DNA from: an uncultured virus (IMG/VR IMGVR_UViG_3300033148_006048)
Taxonomy: Duplodnaviria; Heunggongvirae; Uroviricota; Caudoviricetes
DNA length: 64,000 nt
IMG/VR virus record: IMGVR_UViG_3300033148_006048
Reading direction: 5' to 3' (one strand)
Shown: in pieces, positions 27,869-38,101 of the stretch
How the letters are laid out: the number at the start of each line of letters is the position of its first letter
How positions within the stretch are numbered: position 1 is the first letter of the stretch
Notes under the pieces: model-generated
Seen by the model: only the letters and a program-made list of their open reading frames with translations
Databases searched by the model: none
What the model was told of the DNA's origin: nothing
Position numbers and translations under genes: made by a program

Positions 27869-30800
27869 TTATTTTTTCTTAGTATATGCTGAGCAAGAAT
27901 CTTTAGCACTATAAACATCTGGCTTCTTTTTATAAATTACTTCTGAAGGGCTAATAGACGGTGAAACACTTGCGCTTAAACTCGGACTCAAACTAGCACT
28001 TAAACTTGAACTCAGGCTGGCACTTAAGCTTGGCGACAAACTAGGGCTTAAAGAAACAGAAGGACTAACTGAAGAACTTAAGCTTGGCGATAAACTCGGT
28101 GAAAGCGAAGCTGAAAATGAAGCTGATAAACTTGGCGAAAGTGAAGGTGAAAGCGAAGCTGAAGGGCTGACTGAAGCTGAAATCGAAGCGCTTAAGCTTG
28201 GGCTTAGTGAAGGACTCAAGCTGGGCGATAAGCTAAATGATAAACTAGGACTAACCGAAGGCGATAAACTAGCACTCGGTGAAACACTTGAACTTAAACT
28301 CGCACTTAAACTAGGTGACAAGCTTGGAGATAAACTAGCACTTGGCGAAACACTAGAACTGATTGACGGTGATATACTAGGACTCAAGCTTGGTGATAAA
28401 GAAGCACTACCTACACTCGGCGATAAACTAGGACTGATTGATGGACTAAAACTAGGTGAAAGTGAAGCGCTTGGTGAAACTGACGAACTGATTGATGGAC
28501 TCAAACTTGGAGAAATCGAAGGGCTAATTGACGGGCTAAGACTCGCACTCAAGCTAGGTGATATACTTGGACTATAACTCGCACTTAAGCTCGGTGAAAG
28601 GCTAGGACTTAAAGAAGCCGACGGGCTTACAGAAGAACTCAAACTTGGACTAACACTCGGAGACAAAGATGGTGAAACTGATGAGCTAATACTTGGTGAA
28701 AGACTAGGACTCAAACTAGCAGACGGTGAAACTGAAGAACTAATGCTCGGACTTAAACTTGGCGACAAACTCGGTGAAAGCGAATAGCTACCAACACTTG
28801 GTGACAAACTAGGACTAATCGAAGGTGAAAGTGACGGACTTAAACTTGCGCTAGGGCTAACCGAAGAACTAATCGAAGGGCTAAGGCTTGGACTCAACGA
28901 AGGTGACAAACTCGGGCTTAAGCTTGATGAAAGCGAAGCGCTAGGGCTAACAGAAGAACTGACTGACGGCGACAAGCTAGGACTAATCGAAGGTGATAGC
29001 GAAGGTGAAAGACTAGCGCTAGGTGAAACAGAAGACGATATGCTCGGAGACAAACTCAGAGACAAGCTTGGCGACAAACTAGGGCTTAAACTGGCAGACG
29101 GTGAAACTGAAGAACTAAGACTAGGACTAAGGCTTGGACTAAGACTTGGACTTAAACTCGGCGACAAAGACGCACTAGGCGAAACACTTGAACTTAAACT
29201 CGGGCTTAAAGATGATGATATGCTCGGACTCAAGGAAGGTGAAAGCGACGCACTCGGACTTACAGAAGAACTGATTGACGGAGAAATACTTAGACTTAAA
29301 CTAGGGCTTATGCTTGAACTTAGTGAAGCCGAAGGACTAACACTTGACGATAAACTTGGACTTAATGATGGAGATAAACTTGGACTAACACTTGGAGACA
29401 AACTAGAAGACAAGGAAGCAGAAGGACTCACCGAAGAACTAATACTCGGTGAAAGGCTAGGGCTAATTGAAGAGGACAAGCTGGCACTTGGTGAAACTGA
29501 CGAACTCAAACTAGAACTGATTGACGAGCTTAAGCTCGGACTCAAGCTTGAACTCAAGCTTGGGCTTAAGGACGGACTCAAACTCGGTGACAACGAAGCT
29601 GAAGGACTAACCGAAGAAGATGTGGAAGGCGAAAGCGACGGCGAAATCGAAAGACTCAAACTCGGTGACAACGAAGCTGAAGGCGAAACAGAAGAACTAA
29701 TTGACGGACTTAGACTTGCTGAAAGTGACGGACTTAAACTTGGACTTAAGGACGCTGATAGACTAACACTTGATGAAATCGACGGGCTAATACTAGGACT
29801 CAAAGACAGACTAATCGAAGGTGAAAGCGAAGCCGAAGGACTAACAGATGATGATATGCTCGGACTAATTGAAGGCGACAAACTTGGGCTAATAGACGGT
29901 GACAAACTGGCACTCGGCGAAACGCTAGAAGAAAAACTTGGAGAAATAGACGGACTCAAACTAGGCGAAAGCGATGGACTTAAACTTGGACTTAAACTTG
30001 GACTGATTGAAGCTGAAGGGCTAACAGAAGAACTGATACTCGGGCTAAGTGATGGACTAAGACTAGAACTAAGACTCGGCGAAGCACTAACAGCTAAATC
30101 TTCAGCAACCAAAGACAAATTCATTATCTTCATTGTTCCACTACTACCACCGCATACTAAAATATAATTAACATCATCACCAGCAATAGCATTAACAGTA
30201 TCGGAAGTATCTTCATATATACCAGTAGTTGAATCTGTAATCGTAACCGCCAAATCAGTATTCGCCCCATTCTTTCTAAATATCAAAGTAGAATCACCAT
30301 TTATTGAATTAGATGATACATTTGCAATTAAATCTGAAAAATCGAAACTACGTAATGGGTCTAATTTTACTTTCGTTTCATTGTCAAAATTTGATTCATT
30401 TATATTAACTCCACCAATCGCAAGATAATTAGTAGTGCCATTATCAAAGGCAGAAATAGACTTACCACCATTTGACAATATATTACCACCACTTGTCGTC
30501 TCATATTCAATAGACAAAGTCTCTATATAAAAATTCCCACTCCCAGCACTATCAACAGTAAAAGAATAAACAACATCATCACCAACCGAAATTGAATCAG
30601 TATTTGAATTATCCTCAAATACACCAGTAGAAGCCGCCGAAACAGAAATTGAAGAATTGCCATCAGCACCTTCAATTCTAACCTTTAAAGTAACTGAATC
30701 ATCTCTACTATTAGCTGGAACATAAGCAAAATAATCTCTCACAGTACCAGCAACTCTAACTCTAGTAGCCGCAATAGTTTCATTCAATGCTTGTCCGGGA

Positions 30801-31282
30801 AATCCACTACCTAATGGAAACCAATATGTCGTTTCTGTTGTAAAATAAGAACTAGAATCATTTACTCCCAATCTAGCAACACAATTACTATCAGCATCAA
30901 AAGTACAAGCAATTATACTCGGTTGTATTGAACCTGAACTAAATGTAGCATCAATCTCATAATTAACTTCGTCACCATCAGACACATCATCACTGCTAGA
31001 TGTATCACTAAATTCACCAGTAGTAGAACTGCCAATAGAAACTGATAAATTTCCATCAACACTATTAATCCTAGTCCTAACAACAGTAGTAGAAGCAATG
31101 CTATTTACCATTATTCTGACAAACAGATTCATCAAAGTTCCAGCAGTTCTATAAGTGATAGCGCATTTAGCTTCAGCATTACTCGGTTCAAAAACACCAG
31201 TATAACAAGAACTCCAACGAGTAGTATTGTCTAATACTGAAAGATTTGATGAATTTGATGAAACCAATAATGCTTTTGCCAT
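27869..31282 (-). CDS. 1137-aa protein: about 395-aa beta-rich domain plus about 715-aa Ser-X repeat
   Basis: [18 protein letters not shown] repeats over about 27945-30090. Confidence 0.85.
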   Translation of the reverse strand: MAKALLVSSNSSNLSVLDNTTRWSSCYTGVFEPSNAEAKCAITYRTAGTLMNLFVRIMVNSIASTTVVRTRINSVDGNLSVSIGSSTTGEFSDTSSSDDVSDGDEVNYEIDATFSSGSIQPSIIACTFDADSNCVARLGVNDSSSYFTTETTYWFPLGSGFPGQALNETIAATRVRVAGTVRDYFAYVPANSRDDSVTLKVRIEGADGNSSISVSAASTGVFEDNSNTDSISVGDDVVYSFTVDSAGSGNFYIETLSIEYETTSGGNILSNGGKSISAFDNGTTNYLAIGGVNINESNFDNETKVKLDPLRSFDFSDLIANVSSNSINGDSTLIFRKNGANTDLAVTITDSTTGIYEDTSDTVNAIAGDDVNYILVCGGSSGTMKIMNLSLVAEDLAVSASPSLSSSLSPSLSPSISSSVSPSASISPSLSPSLSPSLSPSLSPSISPSFSSSVSPSASLSPSISPSLSPSISPSISSSVSPSASLSPSISLSLSPSISPSISSSVSLSASLSPSLSPSLSASLSPSISSSVSPSASLSPSLSLSISPSLSPSTSSSVSPSASLSPSLSPSLSPSLSSSLSPSLSSSISSSLSSSVSPSASLSSSISPSLSPSISSSVSPSASLSSSLSPSVSPSLSPSLSPSLSSSVSPSASLSSSISPSLSLSISPSISSSVSPSASLSPSLSPSISSSLSPSLSSSVSPSASLSPSLSPSLSPSLSPSLSSSVSPSASLSPSLSPSLSLSLSPSISSSVSPSASLSPSLSPSISPSLSPSVSSSVSPSASLSSSLSPSLSPSLSPSLSPSISSSVSPSASLSPSLSPSISPSLSPSVGSYSLSPSLSPSLSPSISSSVSPSASLSPSLSPSISSSVSPSLSPSVSPSLSSSVSPSASLSPSLSPSLSASYSPSISPSLSASLSPSISPSISPSLSPSISSSVSPSASLSPSFSPSISPSLSPSVGSASLSPSLSPSISPSISSSVSPSASLSPSLSPSLSASLSSSVSPSASLSPSVSPSLSFSLSPSLSPSLSPSLSASISASVSPSASLSPSLSPSLSASFSASLSPSLSPSLSSSVSPSVSLSPSLSPSLSASLSSSLSASLSPSLSASVSPSISPSEVIYKKKPDVYSAKDSCSAYTKKK

Positions 31283-31285
31283 ATC

Positions 31286-31705
31286 CTAATTTACAATTAC
31301 TTTATCTTTCAACTTATTATCACCACTAATTAAATTTTCAAGTTCAGTTTTATTTGAACTACTAAATCCAGTCAAATCTAAAACTAAATTTCTGTCTTTA
31401 TCAAAAGACCAACCATAATTAACTCCAATTTTCAATTCCTTTACTGTTTTTCCATCAACCAATTTTTCATCAACAACATCAGTAATATTGTCAATTATCT
31501 TTCCATAAACAATATTTTTTCTTTGGTTCTCATCTAATACTTGATTATATTTAGCACTATCACCAACTAAATTTTTATGGGCATCACAAACTTTTAATAT
31601 TTTACTAACACTGTGAGTTCTATCTTTTTCAGCAACATCACTATCCCACTCATACTCAATTTTACAATCACAAGTATCGGGTGACCAAGTAGTTTTTTTA
31701 ATCAT
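31286..31705 (-). CDS. Hypothetical protein
   Basis: 139-aa ORF, WSPDTC.C motif. Confidence 0.7.
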   Translation of the reverse strand: MIKKTTWSPDTCDCKIEYEWDSDVAEKDRTHSVSKILKVCDAHKNLVGDSAKYNQVLDENQRKNIVYGKIIDNITDVVDEKLVDGKTVKELKIGVNYGWSFDKDRNLVLDLTGFSSSNKTELENLISGDNKLKDKVIVN

Positions 31706-31776
31706 ATTTTTCCTTTCTATTATGGGCTTTCGCCCTATTTGTCAACGAGCTATGAGCTAAAACCCGTATTAATTTA

Positions 31777-33777
31777 TTAATGCCTTTGTTTAAACGGAGT
31801 AGGCTTTTCTTTGTAGACATCACATATCACCTCTGGCAAATCTGGCTTTTTAAAGTATGGTGGACACTTAACCCTATAAGTCGCTGATGGCGAAGCTGAA
31901 GGGCTGATTGACGCACTAGGACTAGCTGAAGGACTCGCACTCGGTGATAAGCTAGCACTCAAAGACGGACTCAACGAAGCTGATAATGATGGCGAAGCTG
32001 AAGGGCTTAGCGAAGCACTAGGACTAACGGAAGAACTAATGCTTGGCGATAAACTCGCACTAAGGCTTGGGCTAACACTTGGGGACAACGAAGGTGACAA
32101 CGAAACCGAAATTGAAGGGCTAAGTGAAGAACTCAAACTCGCGCTAGGACTAACACTCGCTGAAATACTAGCAGATAAACTCGGTGATAAACTGGCGCTT
32201 GGGCTAACGCTCGGTGAAACTGATGGCGAAATTGACGGGCTAACAGAAGGACTTAAGCTTGGTGAAAGCGAAACTGAAATCGAAGCGCTTAAGCTTGGAC
32301 TAATCGACGCAGATGGTGATACTGAAGCTGAAATCGAAGCGCTTAAGCTTGGACTTACACTAACAGATAAAGAAGGACTAAGGCTTGCAGAAGGACTAAC
32401 CGAAGCTGAAATACTAGGCGAAACTGACGGACTTAAACTAGCTGATAAGCTAGGTGATAAACTAGCACTTGGACTTACACTTGGTGAAATACTAGCAGAT
32501 AATGAAGGACTTAAAGATGGACTAACTGAAGGACTCAAACTAGCACTTGGTGAAAGCGAAGGACTTACAGATGGTGAAATGGACGGTGAAAGCGAAGCGC
32601 TTGGGCTAACTGAAGAACTTATCGAAGGAGATATACTCGGTGATAATGAGGGACTCAGCGATGGACTTAAACTCGCTGAAGGTGAAACCGAAGGCGATAT
32701 GCTCGAACTAATGCTTGAGCTTAAAGAAGGACTCAAGCTAGTCGAAGGGCTTACGCTAGAAGATATTGACGCACTTAATGAAGCACTTAAACTAGGACTA
32801 ATCGAAGACGACAAAGACGGACTCAAGCTAGGTGATATACTTGGAGATAAACTAGCCGACGGACTAACTGATGACGATAAACTTGGAGACAAACTTGGAG
32901 ATAAACTCGGGCTAATACTTGGTGAAATACTAGCACTAGGTGAAACTGATGAACTGATTGAAGGAGATAACGAAGCACTTAAACTAGGTGATAAACTCGG
33001 CGATAAACTTGGAGACAATGAAGCTGACAGACTTACAGAAGAAGAAATACTTGGCGACAAGCTAGGTGACACTGAAGCTGAAATGCTAGGTGACAAGCTA
33101 GGAGAAAGTGAAGCACTACCCCCACTAGGTGAAATACTAGGTGAAATTGAGGCACTTAAGCTAGGAGATAATGAAGCACTTAAGCTTGGTGAAAGCGATG
33201 CACTCGGACTTACCGAAGGACTAACTGATGGTGATAAGCTGGCGCTTAAACTTGGACTCAATGAAGCTGAAGGTGAAACACTAGACGAAATTGAAGCACT
33301 TAAACTCGCGCTTAGTGATGGACTAAGGCTTGGACTTAAACTTGCTGAAGGACTAACACTTGATGACAAACTCGGGCTTAAACTCGCTGACAAACTAGCC
33401 GACAAAGACGGACTTAAACTAGCGCTAGGTGATACTGAAGAACTAATTGAAGGCGATAAAGACGCACTTAAGCTGGCACTCAAACTTGGCGATAACGACG
33501 CACTCGGAGAAACAGAAGAACTAATACTCGGCGATAAACTGGGTGAAATACTAGCACTAATTGACGGACTCAAAGAAGGCGACAATGAAGCACTTGGTGA
33601 TTGTGAAGAACTAATACTCGGACTTAAGCTTGGACTCAAACTTGGGCTTATACTCGGGGATAAACTCGCCGAAAGAGATGGCGAAATCGACGGGCTTATA
33701 CTCGGAGACAAGCTCGGAAAAAGGTTTGTTAAATAACCATTATATTCAATTTGATTATATAGTGTCGCATTGTACAT
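31777..33777 (-). CDS. 666-aa protein that is almost entirely Ser-X repeat
   Basis: Short aromatic N-terminus, about 610-aa S-[PLAVIS] repeat, basic C-terminus. Confidence 0.85.
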   Translation of the reverse strand: MYNATLYNQIEYNGYLTNLFPSLSPSISPSISPSLSASLSPSISPSLSPSLSPSISSSQSPSASLSPSLSPSISASISPSLSPSISSSVSPSASLSPSLSASLSASLSPSISSSVSPSASLSPSLSASLSASLSPSLSSSVSPSASLSPSLSPSLSASLSASISSSVSPSASLSPSLSASLSPSVSPSVSPSASLSPSLSASLSPSLSASISPSISPSGGSASLSPSLSPSISASVSPSLSPSISSSVSLSASLSPSLSPSLSPSLSASLSPSISSSVSPSASISPSISPSLSPSLSPSLSSSVSPSASLSPSISPSLSPSLSSSISPSLSASLSASISSSVSPSTSLSPSLSSSISSSISPSVSPSASLSPSLSPSLSPSISPSISSSVSPSASLSPSISPSVSPSLSPSASLSPSVSPSLSPSLSASISPSVSPSASLSPSLSASLSPSVSPSISASVSPSASLSPSLSVSVSPSLSASISASVSPSASISPSLSASISVSLSPSLSPSVSPSISPSVSPSVSPSASLSPSLSASISASVSPSASLSSSLSPSISVSLSPSLSPSVSPSLSASLSPSISSSVSPSASLSPSASPSLSASLSPSLSASLSPSASPSASPSASISPSASPSATYRVKCPPYFKKPDLPEVICDVYKEKPTPFKQRH

Positions 33778-33944
33778 CTCATCGCCTTAATTCTATATAG
33801 TTATTTAGTAAAGAAGGGAAGGAGGAACAGCCGTTGGTTGGGCTGAGGGCTTCCCTGTGCGGGAATGGTAGGTGACTGTTCCTCCTAAAAGGGTCGGGGA
33901 GCTTCTTGATAATGAGTGTGTGCAACATCCATGTTGCCTCTTTG

Positions 33945-34115
33945 TCAATTGCCCCCCGTCAAGGTGCGTTTCTTTCGCCACACTTTGTGGCATCGTTTAC
34001 AAAAAAGGTGGTGGGTGGTTTGTCGCAGGCTGTGGTCTCTGACACGACACTTGGTGTATTCTCGCCAGACGTATTTCCAGCTTCTCTTTATGGGTTTCCT
34101 TTCTTTCTTTTTCAT
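33945..34115 (-). CDS. 56-aa basic Cys/His-rich protein
   Basis: Manual translation MKKKERKP...HHLFCKRCHKVW..; GGAG upstream. Confidence 0.5.
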   Translation of the reverse strand: MKKKERKPIKRSWKYVWREYTKCRVRDHSLRQTTHHLFCKRCHKVWRKKRTLTGGN

Positions 34116-34117
34116 TC

Positions 34118-34300
34118 TTAATCTCCGCCGCTATCTTCGTAGACGGCACACTCTTGTCGTACTTCTTGCAGGTGTTGTTTGTTGAGCTCCTGCCATTCTT
34201 TGCAGGTCTTACACCACAAGAGGTGATGACGAAGAACGCAGCCTTCGCCGTTGGGGTGTGCTGGACACTTGTCCGCAAATTCACATTCATAGCTTCCCAT
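34118..34300 (-). CDS. 60-aa Cys/His-rich protein
   Basis: GAGGAG SD; HHLLWCKTCKEW. Confidence 0.55.
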   Translation of the reverse strand: MGSYECEFADKCPAHPNGEGCVLRHHLLWCKTCKEWQELNKQHLQEVRQECAVYEDSGGD

Positions 34301-34538
34301 AGCTTTTCTCCTCTGGTTGTACTAAAGGGACTCAAATCCTATACTCTTCCACATCTTACTCACCTCCAGACTTAATTCCTAAATACAGACCAGCATATTG
34401 ACGTCTCCCTGTATAAGAAATTAAGTTGGGAAGCGACTAAAATATACAAAAAGCATTATTGCTATAAAGACCATAAAAACCGCAAAGACTACAATTGTTA
34501 ATCCTTCATTATCTCCACCTTGTGGTTCAGGGTACATA

Positions 34539-34808
34539 TCATTTTCTTCCATTGAACAGCCTATCTATTCTATCTCCAAGTTTTTCAGTAACTCGGGTAT
34601 TATTTACCATTGAGTCATTCAACTTAGTCAGTGACTTAGCTAATTCTATATCAGCATCCGTCTGATGCTTCATATGGTTAGAAACTGTTTTATTAAAAGA
34701 CAAGACTATCTTTGCCACGCACCCAATTAAAACCAAAATTACAAAAATCAATGCGATAATAATTCCACCGATTCCAGCTTCACTTAGTTGCCAAAATTGC
34801 TCAGGCAT
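34539..34808 (-). CDS. Single-TM holin-like protein
   Basis: N-terminal TM helix followed by a coiled coil. Confidence 0.55.
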   Translation of the reverse strand: MPEQFWQLSEAGIGGIIIALIFVILVLIGCVAKIVLSFNKTVSNHMKHQTDADIELAKSLTKLNDSMVNNTRVTEKLGDRIDRLFNGRK

Positions 34809-34833
34809 AATTCAATCTATTAATTGTTAGATT

Positions 34834-35025
34834 TTATTTATCTTTTTTATCTGTCTCATTAGACTTTTCTTCTATTTTTTGACTTCGTTTTTCCGTTACT
34901 TCTTTGGTAGCAATCAGATTGCCTACTTTTTGTAGAAGATTCGCCATTGTTACGGCTTCATTACCATTAATAGTTACTCTGTTTAAGAAAATAGCTATAA
35001 TTCTTAATTCTTCTGAGGTAAACAT
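34834..35025 (-). CDS. Hypothetical protein
   Basis: 63-aa ORF in the operon. Confidence 0.6.
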   Translation of the reverse strand: MFTSEELRIIAIFLNRVTINGNEAVTMANLLQKVGNLIATKEVTEKRSQKIEEKSNETDKKDK

Positions 35026-35045
35026 ACTTTTTTCATTATTAATTA

Positions 35046-35711
35046 TTATTTACAAAACTTTTGTTTTTCTACTAACCTTGAGATACCCAAATCAATTCTA
35101 CCTTCATCATTTATACTACCAATATCACCAGTTTTAAATCCATTGATTACTATTTCGTCTTCAATGATTTCAACCTTTATATCTTCAGGAATTACATAAC
35201 CCTTTTCTCTCTCGCCATATTTAGTGACAAAACAAATTCCAGTTTCTGTCATTCCATAGACACTTAATAATTTAGCATTGGGTAATTCTTTTTCAACTAA
35301 CTCAACTAAATCCTGTAGGGCTGGACCACCGCCAGTAATAACTTGCCTTACTTCTTTTAATAACTCTTTTGGTGTTTCCTTAATAACCTTACTTAAAGTC
35401 TCTGACAATCCAGCAATTAAATTAGGTTTGTAAGATTCAAACACCTTTGGTAAAAATCCTTCAGGTGCATTACCCAAATCAAAGTTTCTAATCCAATCAT
35501 AGTTACTTAATTGAGTGCACTGCCAAAATCCTAAATTAGGAAGTGTAGCAGGAAATAAATTGTAAGTGTTGGCAGGTTTTTCTTCCGTGCCTTGAACATC
35601 AGCCAAGACTACAAAACTATCCATAGTCTTAGTCACTTGTTCCATCATTTTTTTAGTATACGGAATTACTTTCGGAAACCCCGTAGTACCACTTGTACAC
35701 ATAATTCTCAT
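35046..35711 (-). CDS. Minimal ANL-superfamily adenylate-forming enzyme (phenylacetate-CoA ligase-like core)
   Basis: TSGTTGFPK, YGMTE and TGD motifs. Confidence 0.75.
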   Translation of the reverse strand: MRIMCTSGTTGFPKVIPYTKKMMEQVTKTMDSFVVLADVQGTEEKPANTYNLFPATLPNLGFWQCTQLSNYDWIRNFDLGNAPEGFLPKVFESYKPNLIAGLSETLSKVIKETPKELLKEVRQVITGGGPALQDLVELVEKELPNAKLLSVYGMTETGICFVTKYGEREKGYVIPEDIKVEIIEDEIVINGFKTGDIGSINDEGRIDLGISRLVEKQKFCK

Positions 35712-35723
35712 ACATTTTTTACA

Positions 35724-36494
35724 TTAATTAATTAATTTAAGAACACTACCGCTCGGTATTAATATCTTAGAACCACTATCTTTAACCGATACAGTTCCAT
35801 CAAGGTCAGTAAGGTTAAATCCATTCATATCCAAATATTGACCATCTTCCACTAAAACGCTTCCAGCCTTATTGCTACTTTTTAGTAGAGTACAACTACC
35901 AGTCGTTGTATTAATCCATATATTCCCAGTTGTGGCATCTACATTACAAGCATGACTATGAGTGATTTCAAGTACTGCCCTATGAAGAGTAGAATTAGCG
36001 TTATCATAATCCCATGAATAAGCATCTCTGCCATCATCACTTTTATCTGCATTTGTAGAATCCATCTTTAGTGTTATATAATTTTCAAAACTATATCCCA
36101 CTCTATCAATAACATGCTGGATTAAAGTTTTAATATCTGGTGAGGTATATTGTACAGTTGCCGACCAAGCACCAGCATTCCAAGTTACATAAGTTCCCCA
36201 CATAGTCCTTAGTTGTAAATTTTCGGTAGTTCCAAATTGAGCAGAATTATCCACATCTTCAATATATATTCTAGGGTCAAAATCATCACTCTGCGCCCCA
36301 TAAGAAGTTAATTTAAGATATGCCGAATTAATAGTTGCATCAGGATAAATACCTGATAATTGAAATCTGAAAAACCCATCTTGATTATCCTCACATTCTA
36401 CACTATTACTAGTATAATCAATCGTTCCAAGATTTGAGCAATCAGCATCATCAATGCTGGCACCTATTAAAAGTGTTTCAGTTCGTTGTCCCAT
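35724..36494 (-). CDS. Putative beta-sandwich structural protein
   Basis: F.F.L..I...ATI.SAYL.L motif. Confidence 0.55.
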   Translation of the reverse strand: MGQRTETLLIGASIDDADCSNLGTIDYTSNSVECEDNQDGFFRFQLSGIYPDATINSAYLKLTSYGAQSDDFDPRIYIEDVDNSAQFGTTENLQLRTMWGTYVTWNAGAWSATVQYTSPDIKTLIQHVIDRVGYSFENYITLKMDSTNADKSDDGRDAYSWDYDNANSTLHRAVLEITHSHACNVDATTGNIWINTTTGSCTLLKSSNKAGSVLVEDGQYLDMNGFNLTDLDGTVSVKDSGSKILIPSGSVLKLIN

Positions 36495-36999
36495 TTTGCC
36501 AATCTCCTTTCTCCGCTAATTCCATTGCTTGGTCAAAGAGCCCTCCCTTCCCAAAAGCCTCATCAATACATTTCTTCAATTCACCGATACAAGATTCTTT
36601 TGTAGCATCAACACATTCAGGACACCATTTTTCGGCCTTGTGATTCCAACGACTTTTATCTCCACCTTCACTTAAATTAATTAGTATTTTAGCAATCGTT
36701 GTAAACTTTTTATAAATAGGTGCAATCATTGAATCCTCAACATAAACATCTAGTATAGTTCCCCTAACACACTTTTGGTCATTCCCAGTAATCGTTTTGT
36801 CAATACAAGTAATTTCTTCTCCATTAACAGTCTGGTCTTTTGAAACCTGTAAAAACTTTTCAGATATACTTCTTATTTCTTCCCAACCCATATCTATATT
36901 TATTTCACCCATCAATTTCAAAGCAGTATCTTCCCAGTATTTTCTTATTTCGGTGAAGATTTCAGTTGCTGGATATGTTGTTGTGATTTCTTCTGCCAT
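36478..36999 (-). CDS. Hypothetical protein
   Basis: 173-aa ORF in the operon. Confidence 0.6.
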   Translation of the reverse strand: MAEEITTTYPATEIFTEIRKYWEDTALKLMGEINIDMGWEEIRSISEKFLQVSKDQTVNGEEITCIDKTITGNDQKCVRGTILDVYVEDSMIAPIYKKFTTIAKILINLSEGGDKSRWNHKAEKWCPECVDATKESCIGELKKCIDEAFGKGGLFDQAMELAEKGDWQNGTTN

Positions 37000-37520
37000 A
37001 CTTGTTTAAAACTTAATGAATTCTTAGATGCTTCCTCTATTGATTCACGATAAAGTGGGTAATAAAGTTCTAATTCTGCCTTAGCATCATCAAATGCTTT
37101 TTTTCTTATCCCTTGCATCTCTTTAATCCAATCTTTTACTTTCTTTATGTCTTCCTTATTCTCGGCATTATGAATCATACGTTCAGCTTTTCTAACACCG
37201 TGATATAATTTAGTCAGTCCTCTTTTTTCACCATCAACTAAACTTAACTGATTAGTACTGGCGAATGGATTCATTTCACAATCAAGTCTTTTCATCGGGT
37301 AATCTTCTAAACCTCTACCAGTTCTAAACTTCCTTATTTTTAACCGCCATTCTGCTTTTAATTCCTTATCTCCGTCATCAGGTATAAGGTCAACAAGTTC
37401 ATCAAATTTCTCAGTAAAATATTGTTCCCAATCATTTAGATTGGATAATAGTTCGTGTTTTAGGTACATAATCGGGATTATAATCTTTAATTGAAAATAT
37501 TTGTTTACCAATATGACCAA
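36945..37520 (-). CDS. Hypothetical protein (true start possibly MYLKH, about 37469)
   Basis: ORF in the operon. Confidence 0.55.
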   Translation of the reverse strand: MVILVNKYFQLKIIIPIMYLKHELLSNLNDWEQYFTEKFDELVDLIPDDGDKELKAEWRLKIRKFRTGRGLEDYPMKRLDCEMNPFASTNQLSLVDGEKRGLTKLYHGVRKAERMIHNAENKEDIKKVKDWIKEMQGIRKKAFDDAKAELELYYPLYRESIEEASKNSLSFKQVWQKKSQQHIQQLKSSPK

Positions 37521-38100
37521 GTTCTAAAGTAGTATCAACATAAATTTTATAATCTAATTCTCTAGCTCTATGACAAAAAGCATAATCTTCTGATAAATAC
37601 TCACCAGTTTCATTTTCCATTGGCATAAAAGGATACTTATAATTATCATAAATCTTCTTCAAGCAATCTTTTTTAATAAGCATAAATCCAGTACCAGTAT
37701 AGACTACTTCCATTAATCCATATTCAATCTCTGTCCTCTTTGGATTTTTCTTTTTAGCGATTAAATCTTCTTGTGTATCAAAACTTCTTAATACAGGGTG
37801 ATGGTCTAAAGCCCTAGTAACATATAACCCACAAGCAATATCTTTCCCATAAGAAATTAATTTATCAACAGGATTCTCTTTACTCTTCCAAACTATGTCA
37901 TCATCAACCATCAACAAATAATCACAATCAGATTCCAACGCTTCCTGACCAATTATATTTCTAACTCTACTTATTAATCCATCTCCAATTTTTAATCTCC
38001 AATCTATTTTATGTTCTGAAGTTCTAATCATATCCAAGACGCATTGCATTGTTTCGGGTTCCATTGAATTTAAAATTGGGGTAACTAACTTTATTTTCAT
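37432..38100 (-). CDS. GT-A fold glycosyltransferase
   Basis: RN, LLMVDDD, GTGFMLI, SEDY.FC, LGH. Confidence 0.85.
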   Translation of the reverse strand: MKIKLVTPILNSMEPETMQCVLDMIRTSEHKIDWRLKIGDGLISRVRNIIGQEALESDCDYLLMVDDDIVWKSKENPVDKLISYGKDIACGLYVTRALDHHPVLRSFDTQEDLIAKKKNPKRTEIEYGLMEVVYTGTGFMLIKKDCLKKIYDNYKYPFMPMENETGEYLSEDYAFCHRARELDYKIYVDTTLELGHIGKQIFSIKDYNPDYVPKTRTIIQSK

Positions 38101-38101
38101 A

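Noticed and set aside
27945..33715. Repeat tracts as a CRISPR array or non-coding satellite
   Set aside because: No constant repeat with unique spacers; variation is synonymous within open frames
29040..33736. Long plus-strand ORFs 29040-30167 and 32039-33736
   Set aside because: Antisense shadows of the Ser-X repeats; they are essentially confined to the repeat tracts and oppose the operon direction
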